DNA of 63,990 nt, the filler included, from Octopus bimaculoides (lineage: Eukaryota), in assembly GCF_001194135.2 (NCBI RefSeq). It is 8 parts of 7 records of this genome, joined end to end, with 100 filler letters (N's around TTAATTAATTAA, not from the genome) between each part and the next. Parts side by side here need not be neighbours in the genome. Positions count along the whole stretch, not along the records: positions 17,434 to 36,872 come from NC_068996.1; 7 more parts are not named here. One strand, written 5' to 3'. A program made the position numbers and the translations under genes. How positions within the stretch are numbered: position 1 is the stretch's first letter; each line of letters begins with the position of its first letter. Below, one piece after another: positions 25,053 to 36,972 of the stretch. Under the pieces are notes generated by a model. It was not told where the DNA came from. It made no database searches and saw only the letters and a list, made by a program, of their open reading frames with translations.

Positions 25053-25609
25053 AGTGACTGCAGAATGGACTTGGCATGCTAGAAACAATAGTTAAACGAC
25101 ATTATTTCTGAAGAAACTTCCCTGCTTTCCAACCTTCTAAAAGTGAAACATTGAGAGTGTGTAGCTTTTCGAAAGGGGTGGGGTGACAGGTGGATGCTGG
25201 GTAAGGAGATTTTGGTGTTTCTTTAAGAAAAACACGAAGGAAATTCTTAAAAATTCGTATTCTCTGTTATTCTCTCCTTGGATTACCAAGAAATAAATTT
25301 CGAAATAAAATTAAAAGATGAAAAAATTGGGGTCGTGTGGGTTAGAATTTAAAGATTGACAATGTGTTTTTCGGGCGAAATCCTAATCTCCTCTATCGAG
25401 ACATAAGAATCGGAAGAAATTTAGGGAAAAAATGAGGGGAAGGGCGCAAATGTCACCTCAGGCATACTAGAAACAACAGGAGAACAGGATTTAAATTCTC
25501 TTTAAATTCTCTCTCTCTCTCTCTCTCTCTGTATGATATTCTTCTGCATGTCAGTGACTGCAGAATGGACCTGGCATGTAGCTTGGTGGTTAGGGCAAAG
25601 GTAAAGGTC

Positions 25610-26350
25610 AAGTTACCTTCTCAAGTCATGCTGACCCTTAAGGGCCAGTTTCCTAGTTTCTGCAGGTGTATGTATCCCCTCCCTGAATGGAATGCCAATC
25701 TGTTGCAGGATTACTCATTTTTTTTGCCGGCTGAGTGGACTGGAGCAATGTAAAATGAAGTGTCTTGCTCAAGAACACAATGTGTCGCCCAGTCCAGGAA
25801 TCGAAACCACAGTCTTATGATGGTGATTCCACACCCTAACCACTAAACCAAGTGTCTCTACAAAAGTAAAGTTACCTTATCAAGTCATGCCAACTCCTAA
25901 GGGCCAATTTCCCAGTTTCCATGGCATATACATACCCCCACCCTTGATGGGTCACTGGTCCATCACAGGATTACTCATTTTTGCCAGTTGGAGCAACGTG
26001 AAATGAAGTGTTTTGCTCAAGAACACAATGCGTTGCCCTGTCCAGGAATCGAAACCACAATTTTACAATCATCAGTCCAATACTCTAACCATTAAGCCAT
26101 GCATCTTCACAGTGATTAGAGTGCTAACTTATGATCATAAGGTTGAGTTCAATTTCTGGTGTTGTGTTGTGTTCTTGAGCAAGACACTTTATTTCACGTT
26201 GCTCCAGTCCACTCAGTAGTACCTGTATTTCAAAGGGCTGACCATGTACCCATTAAGGGTACATGTGTCTGTGGAGTACTCAGCCACTTGCAGGCTAATT
26301 TCATGCACAGGCCGTTCCATTCATTGAATCAACTGGAACTCTTGTCAATT
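25610..26350. mobile_element. Cluster of three CORE-like tRNA SINE copies (family E): 25610-25860 (-), 25880-26110 (-), 26120-26350 (+)
   Basis: ggagcaa.gtgaaatgaagtgt.ttgctcaagaacacaa...ccaggaatcgaaaccac; the third copy has the opposite orientation and a family-D-like tail. Confidence 0.75.
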
Positions 26351-26369
26351 TAACTAATTCTTTATTCTT

Positions 26370-26735
26370 TCTTTTATTTTTTACTTGTTTCAGTCATTTG
26401 ACTGCAGCCATGCAAATCGACCCCAGGACTTATTCTTTGTAAGCCTAGTACTTATTCTATCGGTCTCTTTTGCCAAACCGCTAAGTTACAGGAGCGTAAA
26501 CACACCACCATCAGTTGTCAAGCGATGTTGCGGAGACAAACACAGACACACAAACATATACACACACACACATATATATACATATATACGATGGGATTCT
26601 TTCAGTTTCTGTCTACCAAATCCACTCACAAGGCTTTGGTCAGCCCAAGGCTCATAATAGAAGACACTTTCCCAAGGTGCCACACAATGGGAATGAACCC
26701 GGAATCATGTGGTTGGTAAGCAAGCTACTTACGAG
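26370..26735 (-). mobile_element. SINE family A
   Basis: Reverse-strand match with an internal deletion. Confidence 0.88.
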
Positions 26736-26939
26736 TACCATTTTTTTTTGTTTTAGGCAGAAATATTTTTTCATTGGAGAAACAAATATGTGAAACACAC
26801 CTAGTTGTTTCACTGACCATTTGTTTATAATAGGTCATCTTGGTCAGAGCTGATCTAAGGTTACAAAAAAAAAAAAAAACAGCTGTAAGATAAACCTTTT
26901 GAATCTGGCATCTCAGACTCTGATCTTTATATAACAATA

Positions 26940-27220
26940 TATAACAGAATGGTTGGTACACAGCTATGGAAAATGATTGATACACAGTTGTACAAAATGG
27001 TCAGCATACAGCTGTCAAGAATGGTGAGTTGGAATTTAGCTTTAGACACAGATTGGTAAATAACCTTAGAGAAGTGGTTGGTACATAACTGTAGAAAATT
27101 CTTGGTTCTTAATTTCAGAGAATAGTTTGTACACAGCTGCAGAAAATGTTTGATATGCAACTTTAGAGAATTGTTTGGTACAGAACTTAAGAGAACTTTT
27201 GGCTCAGAACTGAAGTAAAC
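26940..27220 (+). repeat. Degenerate ~24-bp minisatellite
   Basis: Units such as agaatggttggtacacagctatgg, agaatagtttgtacacagctgcag, agaattgtttggtacagaacttaag. Confidence 0.6.
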
Positions 27221-27249
27221 AGATGGAATTTAATTTTAGACAATGACTG

Positions 27250-27636
27250 GTACGTAAATAGCACCATTTGAGCGTGACCGTTACCAACGTCGCCTTCCTG
27301 GCACTTGTGCCTGTGGCACATGAAAAGACATTCGAGCGAGTTCGTTGCTAGTCCCACTGGACTGGCTCCTGTGCAGGTGGCACGTAAAGTGCACCATTTC
27401 GAGTGTGGCCATTGCCAGTACCGCCTGACTGGCCTTTGTGCCGGTGGCACGTAAAAACACCCACTACACTCTCGGAGTGGTTGACATTAGGAAGGGCATC
27501 CGGCTGTAGAAACTCTGCCAAATCAGATTGGAGCCTGGTGTAGCCATCCGGTTCACCAGTCCTCAGTCAAATCGTCCAACCCATGCTTGCATGGAATGCG
27601 GACGTTAAACGATGATGATGATGATGATGATGATGA
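27250..27636 (+). mobile_element. 5'-truncated RTE-type LINE (3' UTR only)
   Basis: Ends ggaatgcggacgttaaac(gat)n; probable TSD atgactgg at 27243-27250 and 27633-27640. Confidence 0.9.
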
Positions 27637-27959
27637 CTGGCACTTCAATTTAGGGAATGGTTGTATTTAGAATAAACCACTCAGGTTTTATTAAATAAAT
27701 GACTTTCAGAGAGAAAAAGAAAACTGAAAAGAATCTAGATAAAAAAAAAACACACAAAAGAAATATGCATTTAAAAATTCAGAAAGAGTATTGTTAAAAA
27801 GACAAAGAAGAGTGGTTGGAAGAACGGTCATCATGATGAAGCAAATCTTGGTACTTTTTAGCTATCTCACCCCCATTAAAAAATATTGTTGTCTCTCCCC
27901 GTTTTACGAGAAATATCGGTATTTTCGGTCATCTCCTTCAACTAAAAGAATTGTTTAAC

Positions 27960-28505
27960 CCTCATCATCATCATCATCATCATCGTTTAACATCTGCTTT
28001 CCATGCTAGCATGGGTTCGACAATTTGACTGAGGACTGACTGGCAAGCCAGAAGGCTGCACCAGGCTCCAATCTGATCTGGCAGAGTTTCTACAGCTGGA
28101 TGCCCTTCCTAACGCCAACCACACTGAGAGTGTAGTGGGTGCTTTTACGTGCCACCGGCATGAGGGCCAGTCACACGGTACTGGTAACGGCCATGCTCAA
28201 AAAGGTGTTTTTTTACATGCCACCTGCATGGGAGCCAGTCCAGCGGCACTGGCAACGACCTCACTCGAATGATCTTCCAACGTGCCACCAACACAAGTGC
28301 TAGAAGGCAACGCTGGAAACGATTACGCTCAAATGGTGCTATTTACGGGCCACTAGCACAGAAGCCAGACAGCTGCTCTGGCAATGAACATGCTTGGACA
28401 GTGCTGTTAGTGCTCCACTGGCGCAGGTGCCAGTCATTGAATATGGTTCAATTACGATTTCGATTTCACTTGCCCCAACAGGTCTTCGCAAGCAGAGTTT
28501 AGTGT
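27960..28505 (-). mobile_element. 5'-truncated RTE-type LINE (3' UTR only)
   Basis: (CAT)n cgtttaacatctgctttccatgctagc... same family as 18898-19610. Confidence 0.9.
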
Positions 28506-29119
28506 CCTCAATAAAACAAAAATAAAAGAAGGAAAAATTAATAAACATAAAAACTAAAAAAAATTAATAGACATGAAAATTGAAATAATTAAACATCTTA
28601 TTGAATATTATAACCCAATTTCTTAATGGCAACTTTTTAATGAACGTGTGATAACCAAAAAGTACCCAAATGTTTTTCTACTTGGTAGATGACTTTTGCT
28701 TATTTTATCTTTTTTTTTATATATATTTGGTGATGCAGGAGAACTTATCACCACTTTTAGCAATATTTTGATGGTTCACCACTTAACATTCTGACAAACA
28801 AAAGACAAGACATCTGTCAAAATACCAATAATATTGTTCTCTTTGTCATGTCAGTTAATCCCAAACAAACCTAAATATTTAATATTAAACAAATTCCAAC
28901 AAAGAGAATGACAGTTGAAAATATTGTCACTGATGTTAAAAGGGCACAGATTTATGAAAAGCTTCCCTGCTTGTGTCAGAATTCTCACCTGACAACCAAA
29001 CATGTTTCATTCACATACTTTCCACAAGTCTTTGTTGTTTTTGTTGCTTTTTACTCCTGACAAGAATTTCGTTATGGTTCATGTTCGGTGACTCTTTTAT
29101 TGTGAAAGTCACCAATGGT

Positions 29120-29275
29120 TGCAAGCATTGTTGTGTGGTAAGAAGCTTGCTTCCCAACTACATAGTCCTGGGTTTAGTCCCACTGCATGAAACCTTGGGC
29201 AAGTATCTTCTACTATCAGCTTTGATGCAACCAAAGCCTTATGAGTAGATTTGGTATACAGAAACTGAGAGATCA
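29120..29275 (+). mobile_element. SINE family A, 5' half
   Basis: gtgtggtaagaagcttgcttcccaac...accttgggcaagtatcttctac. Confidence 0.8.
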
Positions 29276-29864
29276 TCATGTGTGTTTGTGCATGTTAGAG
29301 TGACCCTTATTTTTCAGCTTTCTANNNNNNNNNNNNNNNNNNNNNNNNNNNNNNNNNNNNNNNNNNNNNNNNNNNNNNNNNNNNNNNNNNNNNNNNNNNN
29401 NNNNNNNNNNNNNNNNNNNNNNNNNNNNNNNNNNNNNNNNNNNNNNNNNNNNNNNNNNNNNNNNNNNNNNNNNNNNNNNNNNNNNNNNNNNNNNNNNNNN
29501 NNNNNNNNNNNNNNNNNNCAAACAACTACAAGGTGACTGAAATTTTGAAGTTTTCGCCCAGAAAATCATTTTTTTCAAATAAAAATTTTTTATCACTTAT
29601 ATAATTTTCTCTTGAATTAAAAACTTGTTCAGACTTATTCTTGGTAATAGAAAGGTAAGTGACAATAAATATAATGGGGAAGGCAACTTGCAAAGCTGGG
29701 GACAGAGCATAGGTATAGGGCAAACATCTATTTTTCATCGTCATCCAGTTGGGGGCCAGCAGTGAGCGAGTGAGGTTGTGAGCTGCATTCATCTGTTGAA
29801 AGAATTGTACTGCACCTAATGGTAGTGTTGAGAAATAAAATATTAAGAAATATGAAACCCCCTT

Positions 29865-30170
29865 CGGTCATGACTGACCATGGGATTGCATCTAGAAAGT
29901 TCACATCTGAGGTACAAGTCCGGGCAAGGTTGTTTATGGAAGACCAGCAGTCGCCATGCATACCAGACTCCCTTCTCCATGCCACCAGTGTTATCCAAGG
30001 GAAAGGCACCTGTGACGTCACGACTCATTTCTACAGCTGAGTGAACTGGAGCAACGTGAAATAAAGTGTCTTGCTCAAGAATACAACAGGCAGCCCGGTC
30101 CGGGATTCAAACTCACAATCTCACAATTGTAAGCTCGACGCTCTAACCACTGAGCCATGCACTTTCACAA
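29865..30170 (-). mobile_element. CORE-like tRNA SINE inserted in the hAT element
   Basis: Reverse complement head tggctcagtggttagagcgtcg...gagtttgaatcccggaccggg, then cttgagcaagacactttatttcacgttgctccag. Confidence 0.85.
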
Positions 30171-30839
30171 TATACATTAGTGATAAACAGTGAACTAATA
30201 TGACTTGTCCACATTTGTAGATATAAGTTAAATTATTTGTAATAACTTGTAATCACTCATTCATTTTGTTGTGGCGCATTATAGATCTTTCCCTGTTGTG
30301 TTGGTAGCCCAGACAAATTTGTAATACCATGTTTATAACTTCTCCGTCTTAATTATGTTATGTGCTTTGTATATTTATTATCAATGCCTTAGAACAAAAT
30401 TTAGAGAAGTGAGACACAGAAATACAACACAGATTTAACCTAAATGACTGTCAAGAATTATTGTTGCACTGGGACGAGAAGCTGCTCCCAGGACTCACAG
30501 GCATTGTAAAGGTTGATAGAATGGCAATAATAGTAACTTTTCAAGGCAAGGAGCAATTGTTGAGAGTCCCTCAAATTCCAACATCTTTAGGAGAACAGCA
30601 AGCCATGGCTGTTTACTAATCAGGGGAGAAGTGTGGTATATAACTGACAAAATTCAGGCACTTTGCTGTGATACAACAGCAAGCAACACAAGTCAAGTGA
30701 ATGGTGCCAGTACAAATCTAGAAAAGTTGTTCAATCACAACCCTTGCCTTCATCACATTTTTGAGCTAGTTTTTAGGAGCTGTTTTGACTTACTGTTGGC
30801 TGCAACTTCTGTACATTATTTACATTATTTACATTTGAC

Positions 30840-30960
30840 AGATATTTGTCCTCATCTTGTTTGTTGTTACCACAATGTTTCAGCTAATTTACTCTCCAGC
30901 CTTCATCAGGTGTCCTGGTAGAATTTTAAACCCAACTCTGGGTTCTCATTCCTAAGGTAT
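30840..30960 (-). mobile_element. Penelope-like terminal fragment with degenerate hammerhead motif (30870-30913)
   Basis: Minus strand reads acac CTGATGA aggct...agct GAAA CA TT gtgg. Confidence 0.5.
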
Positions 30961-30964
30961 TTTT

Positions 30965-30970
30965 TGCTGA

Positions 30971-31057
<87 letters not shown>

Positions 31058-31878
31058 CATTGCCTTTTCACAGCTTCTAATGCTGGAGATGTACTACCAG
31101 TGAACTAAAGTAACATCTCTTATTTTTCGAGCACCTTCCGGAGTATTCTAGCGGTCCCAAGCAGTGCTGTTTTCTGCAAGTTCTCCACCCTTATTGTAGC
31201 CCTTATTTGTTCCACATACTTCTTGAGATTTTTGCTCACTGTTTCCAAGGCTCCAACAATTATTGGCATTACTACCCCTTTTTCATCGACCACAACTGCT
31301 TAACTTCCCAAGCTAACCTGTCATATCTCTCAACTTTTCTTTCTTCCTTATCGCATACTTTGTTGTCAGCTGGGCATGCTATATCTATGATCCAGCATAG
31401 TTTGTTTTCTTTCTCAATTAAGACTATGTCCAGCTTCCTATTTTCTATCACATGACCGCACTGAATCATAAAATCCCATAGGATCTTTGCATTTTTATTT
31501 TCGACAATGCCTTCAGGTTTGTGGTCGTACCAATTTTTTGCTCTGTCAAGTCCATACTTGTCGCAAAGTGTCCAATGGACAAGCGTGGCTATATTGTCAT
31601 GGCGTCTCTTATATTTCTTCTGGGCTAGTGGTGTACATTGGCTGGTAATATGCCATATGGTTTCACCGTTTTGTCCACAGATTCTGCACTTATCACTTTT
31701 ATGCTGTGGAGTGTCCCATATCTAGTTAGTAACTTCCTTATTTTTCTGTGTAAGCTGTTTAGTTCGTCTACTGTCCATGCAATTACCTCTGCTCCATATC
31801 TAAGGAGTGAAACCACCCAGGTGTTAATAGCTTCAATCTTATTCCGTCCGTTTAATTTCAACTTAAGGATCAGTCTCA
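30965..31878 (-). mobile_element. R4/Dong-clade LINE 3' fragment with (TAA)n tail
   Basis: LKLNGRNKIEAINTWVVSLLRYG (RT C-terminus); HITSQC...YKRRHD (CCHC remnant); WDFMIQC.HVIENRKLDIVLIEK...IIDIACP.D...KVERY (restriction-like endonuclease); internal deletion. Confidence 0.88.
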
Positions 31879-33334
31879 GAGAAACCTGGACAAAACTCAA
31901 CAAGAAGGTTTACATAACTAGTAGCAATGAAGTGCCTGATGATGTCTGCTCTACTATTCTTGAATTTCTTGAATACCACCTTTCTATGCAGAAACAGCAG
32001 TGAAATGATTACCGAGAATTGTTGGAGTTAACGATGATCTTTCTTGGCGGCATTCTGAAGAATGGGATATCGTCCCATACACCAGGAGCTGTAAGTCATG
32101 CAAGGCAGATATCAAAAGCTATATTACCTCTTTCAAGATATATCTGTTTCAAGTTCAATTTCACTTATCTCCTGGGAGAAGAACTCTTTAAGAAAAATAT
32201 GTATTTTTCTTGCTCAAGTGTATGTTTGAGCCTGGTTTCTGTCATCAGAAGCAATTAAAGCACTTTATCATGATTTCCTATTCATGTGTCAACTGATAAG
32301 TTATCAGGATATTGATCCAGAAATTAGTAAGGCTGCTGTAATTTCCATCCATTTCTGGTTCTTAGCTCCTGAAACTGTGGTTCTATTCATATTTGGTGAC
32401 GATGTTCCAACAGAAGTGAAAGCAAAATATTGCTCAAGTTATGCAGGTAGCAGACAAAAGTGAAGAAGAGGAGGAAGAAAAAAATCAACTAAAGAGATAC
32501 ATTCTGCACCAAAATGAATTTTCTTCCTTTACAAACATTGAGCTTTCTATTTTGTAATTCCTGGTACAAAAACTTTCTTCACAAGATTTTCTATCAGCAC
32601 CGATTTCTATGATAAAGACCCTTCAACACAGAAGGATGATCCTGGTTACAAAAGTGGACTTGAAAAACTTGAGAAGACAGTTGTTGTGAATGATGTTGCA
32701 GAAAGAGGTGTCAAACTCATTCAAGATTACAATAAGATTCTCACATAAGAGGAAACTGAGAAACAATTTGTTTTACAGACCGTTAGCAAAAACTGTACAA
32801 CATAACCAACTGCCACTCAATCCTCTCTTATGCAAAAATAAGTTTCAATATTTAGTGTTCATTTTATGTTTTTGGTTCTAAAGGAATTATTGTTGTAGAT
32901 AAAAATGCGTTTCTTTTATAGAAGTTGTGTGCTTTATTAAGAAAACGTAATATTTCTTAAGTTTTTCATCTTATTTCAGAAACGTTTTCATAATAGTTAT
33001 GGGTAAACTTGATTCAGAACGTTTTTAAACATCTGCTGGGGTTGCCTTGATGTTTCCACATAAATTTCTCTAACAAGAAAAAAGAAAATGGTCGAGAAAG
33101 GGAACAGTATACTGCTTTTAGACAGAATTAATCGTTGCGTATACTATGTTCCAACTTCAAGGATTAAGCTGAAATTTTGCACACCTCATTGTTTAGTTTA
33201 TTGGAACAGGATTTGGGGGTGAGAGTAGCAAAAAATTGTGAATTTTGAAAAATTACCTATTGCTAAAGGCCACTCTAGTGTACATAGACAGACAGACAGA
33301 TATGTATGTATGTATTTATATACATACTTATATA

Positions 33335-33480
33335 CATCATCATCATCATCATCATCATCATCACCGTCGTCGTTTAACGTCCGCTTTCCATGCTAGCATG
33401 GGTTGGACGATTTGACTGAGGACTGGTGAACCAGATGGCTACATCAGGCGCCAATCTAATTTGGCAGAGTTTCTACAGCC
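33335..33480 (-). mobile_element. RTE-type LINE 3' tail
   Basis: (CAT)n cgtcgtttaacgtccgctttccatgctagcatggg. Confidence 0.85.
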
Positions 33481-34227
33481 TCTCATATATATATATATAT
33501 ANNNNNNNNNNNNNNNNNNNNNNNNNNNNNNNNNNNNNNNNNNNNNNNNNNNNNNNNNNNNNNNNNNNNNNNNNNNNNNNNNNNNNNNNNNNNNNNNNNN
33601 NNNNNNNNNNNNNNNNNNNNNNNNNNNNNNNNNNNNNNNNNNNNNNNNNNNNNNNNNNNNNNNNNNNNNNNNNNNNNNNNNNNNNNNNNNNNNNNNNNNN
33701 NNNNNNNNNNNNNGTGTTGGTGTGTTTATGTCCCTGTTACCTACCAGTTTGACAATAAGAGACTGATAGTATAAGTACCAGGCTTTAAAAAAAATACTGG
33801 GGTCAATTCATTCAGTTAAGCCCTAAAAGTGGTTCTCCAGCATGGCCACAGTCCAATGAGTGAATCAAATCCAAAAAAACAAAAAACAAAAAGAAGTGAA
33901 GAGGGAGGGTTGCAAAAATAAATAATAAAATTACAAAGAGGAGAAAAATTCTTTGACGTTTTCAGTAAAAAAGAAAACGGTGTAAAACATGATAGAATAT
34001 CAATACGTTTACCATTCTGAAAAACATTATTGATTTGTTGAGCAGTTATTGTAAAGTAAGAAGAGCTAGGTATCAGCAGAATCCATCAGGAGAAATTGCT
34101 CCATCTCCTTCCTTTGGAAGGAGGGCAGGCAGCTTTTTTCTTTTTCTTTGGGTGGTGTATATGGCTGATTGATTGGTCCATATTACTCAATGAGGAGCAT
34201 AAGGCCACTTTCCATGGTTCCTCTGGT

Positions 34228-34909
34228 CAGTGGCAGACTGGGTCTAAAAATATTGGTTGCCAGGAGACTAAGGGGCCCACCCGCAACTACAAGGGGGCCC
34301 ACCCACAACAATGCTATCATTTACTCTTTTACTCTTTTACTTGGTTCAGTCATTTGACTGCGGCCATGCTGGAGCACCGCCTTTAGTCAAGCAAATGGAC
34401 CCCAGGACTTATTCTTTGTAAGCCTAGTACTTATTCTATCGGTCTCTTTGCTGAACTGCTAAGTTACGGGGACCTAAACACACCAGCATCGGTTGTCAAG
34501 CGATGTGGTGGTGGGGGGAGGGGGACAAACACAGACACACATACATACACACACATAAATATATATACATATATACGACGGCTTCTTTCAGTTTCCATCT
34601 ACCAAATCCACTCACAAGGCTTTGGTCGGTCCGAGGCTATAGTAGAAGACACTTGCCCAAGGTGCCACGCAGTGGGACTGAACCCAGAACTATGTGGTTG
34701 GTAAGCAAGCTACTTACCACACTTCAACTGTCTACAAACACAGCCCGGCTGAAATAATTAATGCATTCTTCCAGGAGTGAATAAAATAATTCTCAAAATT
34801 GAGGGGATGGGCCTCTTAGATACTAACATGGGCCCCCATATATGGATTCTAATGGCGTAGGGGCCCACTTGCCATCAAGCAAGCTGGCAACCTGGTCAGT
34901 CTGCCACTG
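34228..34909. mobile_element. hAT-type MITE containing a SINE family A insertion (34318-34725, minus strand)
   Basis: 13-bp TIRs CAGTGGCAGACTG / CAGTCTGCCACTG; perfect 8-bp TSD CCTCTGGT at 34220-34227 and 34910-34917. Confidence 0.9.
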
Positions 34910-34914
34910 CCTCT

Positions 34915-35110
34915 GGTGTATATATTCCTCCCTGAACAGAACACCAGTCTGTCGAAGGATTACTCATTTTTACCAAATGTGTGGACTGGAGCAACATGAG
35001 AGGAAATGCTTTGCTTAAAAGCACAACATATTGCCCAGTTCAGGAATTGAAACCGCAATCTTACAATTGAGAGTCTAACATTTTAATTACTAAACCATGT
35101 GCCTTCACTG
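34915..35110 (-). mobile_element. CORE-like SINE family E, degenerate
   Basis: ggattactcattt...ggactggagcaac...caggaattgaaaccgc. Confidence 0.65.
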
Positions 35111-35709
35111 GTGTATACAGCAATGACGTCATCGGCAACAGAAACTATGGTGTTTTGATATGACAGAGATTGACCAAGGACAGGATTTTTTTTTTCTTTC
35201 ACTCTGGTCAAGCCCCATGGATTTTCCTTTTTCGCTCAACCAATCCTTTGAAAAGCTTTTTTTTTCAAGTACCACTTGAAGAGGAAAACATTTCAGAGAG
35301 AAGCACTAACAAACAAAACAGTTAGCAAAAACAAACAGAAAAAGAAAATGGGGAGGGGGGGGAGAAAAGGATGTATTGAATCAAAGACACAATCTTTTCT
35401 TTTTTTTTTCATAAGAACTCATGTGATCAGGAGTGATTCAGAGATTAATAACATTAACAATTATCCCCTTCGACACTAACAACACTTACTATAACTCGGT
35501 GGGTCTCATCCANNNNNNNNNNNNNNNNNNNNNNNNNNNNNNNNNNNNNNNNNNNNNNNNNNNNNNNNNNNNNNNNNNNNNNNNNNNNNNNNNNNNNNNN
35601 NNNNNNNNNNNNNNNNNNNNNNNNNNNNNNNNNNNNNNNNNNNNNNNNNNNNNNNNNNNNNNNNNNNNNNNNNNNNNNNNNNNNNNNNNNNNNNNNNNNN
35701 NNNNNNNNC

Positions 35710-36115
35710 TTGATTCAGTCATTTGACTATGGCCATCCTGGAGCACCACCTTTAGTCAAGCAAATTGACCCTGGGACTTATTCTTTGTAAGCCTAGTACT
35801 TATTCTATTGGTCTCTTTCGTCGAACTGCTAAATTACAGGGACGTAAACACACCAGCATCAGTTGTCAAGCGATGTTGGGGGAACAAACACAAACACACA
35901 AACATACACACACACACACACATACATATATATATGTATATTTATATATACATATATACGACAGGCTTCTTTCAGTTTCCATCTACCAAATCCACTCACA
36001 AGGCTTTGGTCGGCCTGAGGCTATGGTAGAAGACACTTGCCCAAGGTGCCATGCAGTGGGACTGAACTCGGAACCATGCAGTTCGTAAGCAAGCTACTTA
36101 CCACACAGCCACTCC
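35710..36115 (-). mobile_element. SINE family A
   Basis: Reverse-strand match to 4308-4716. Confidence 0.9.
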
Positions 36116-36577
36116 AATAAAAAATATTTTAAGGACTTTTTCTTTTTTATGCAATTCTTAATTACATTTAATTATAGAAATACAGTTACAGAAGGAATTT
36201 TTTTTTCTAAATTTACATTGAATGGCTATGGGGCTCTATTCCAATTGAATGAAAAAGGAGCCAAAGAGGTCCATAGGGGGGGGGTGAGAAATGCTGCTTT
36301 AAACCAACAAAGAGAGATTGTATGCAGTGGCAGCAGCAATGACAACAACAAAAACAACAACAACAACAACAACAACAACAATCTTCTTGTCTGTTTTTGA
36401 TTTAGAGAAAAATAACAACAATAATAACATCTATTCTATCTGCATCGATGCTGACCATTCCAACAAGACATGGAATAGGTTTAGCATCTGCAACAACAGC
36501 AATAATGACAACAACAGCAAAAACAAAAACAATAAGAACAAAAGTGACAGCAACAGCAGTTGTTGTTGTTGTTGGCA

Positions 36578-36872
36578 CTCCGTCGTTTACGACGTCGAGA
36601 GTTCCAGTTGATCCGATCAACGGAACAGCCTGCTCGTGAAATTAACATGCAAGTGGCTGAGCACTCCACAGACACATGTACCCTTAACGTAGTTCTCAGG
36701 GGATATTCAGCGTGACACAGTGTGACAAGGCTGACCCTTTGAATTACAGGTACAACAGAAACAGGAAGAAAGAGTGAGAGAAAGTTTTTGGTGAAAGAGT
36801 ACAGCAGGGTTCGCCACCATCCCCTGCCGGAGCCTCGTGGAGCTTTAGGGGTTTTCGCTCAATAAACACTCA
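36578..36872 (-). mobile_element. SINE family D (head lost in gap)
   Basis: Near-identical to 11249-11540. Confidence 0.88.
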
Positions 36873-36972
36873 NNNNNNNNNNNNNNNNNNNNNNNNNNNN
36901 NNNNNNNNNNNNNNNNTTAATTAATTAANNNNNNNNNNNNNNNNNNNNNNNNNNNNNNNNNNNNNNNNNNNN

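Larger units (their letters stand above)
29296..33277 (+). mobile_element. Decayed hAT-superfamily DNA transposon (probably hATm-like) with nested insertions
   Basis: Termini tagagtgaccctta and (reverse complement) tagagtggccttta; transposase remnants LHWDEKLLP...CCDTTASNT...PCLHHIFEL (30440-30790) and DYRELLEL...PGAVSHAR...VVNDVAERGVKLIQDYN (31880-32850). Confidence 0.8.
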
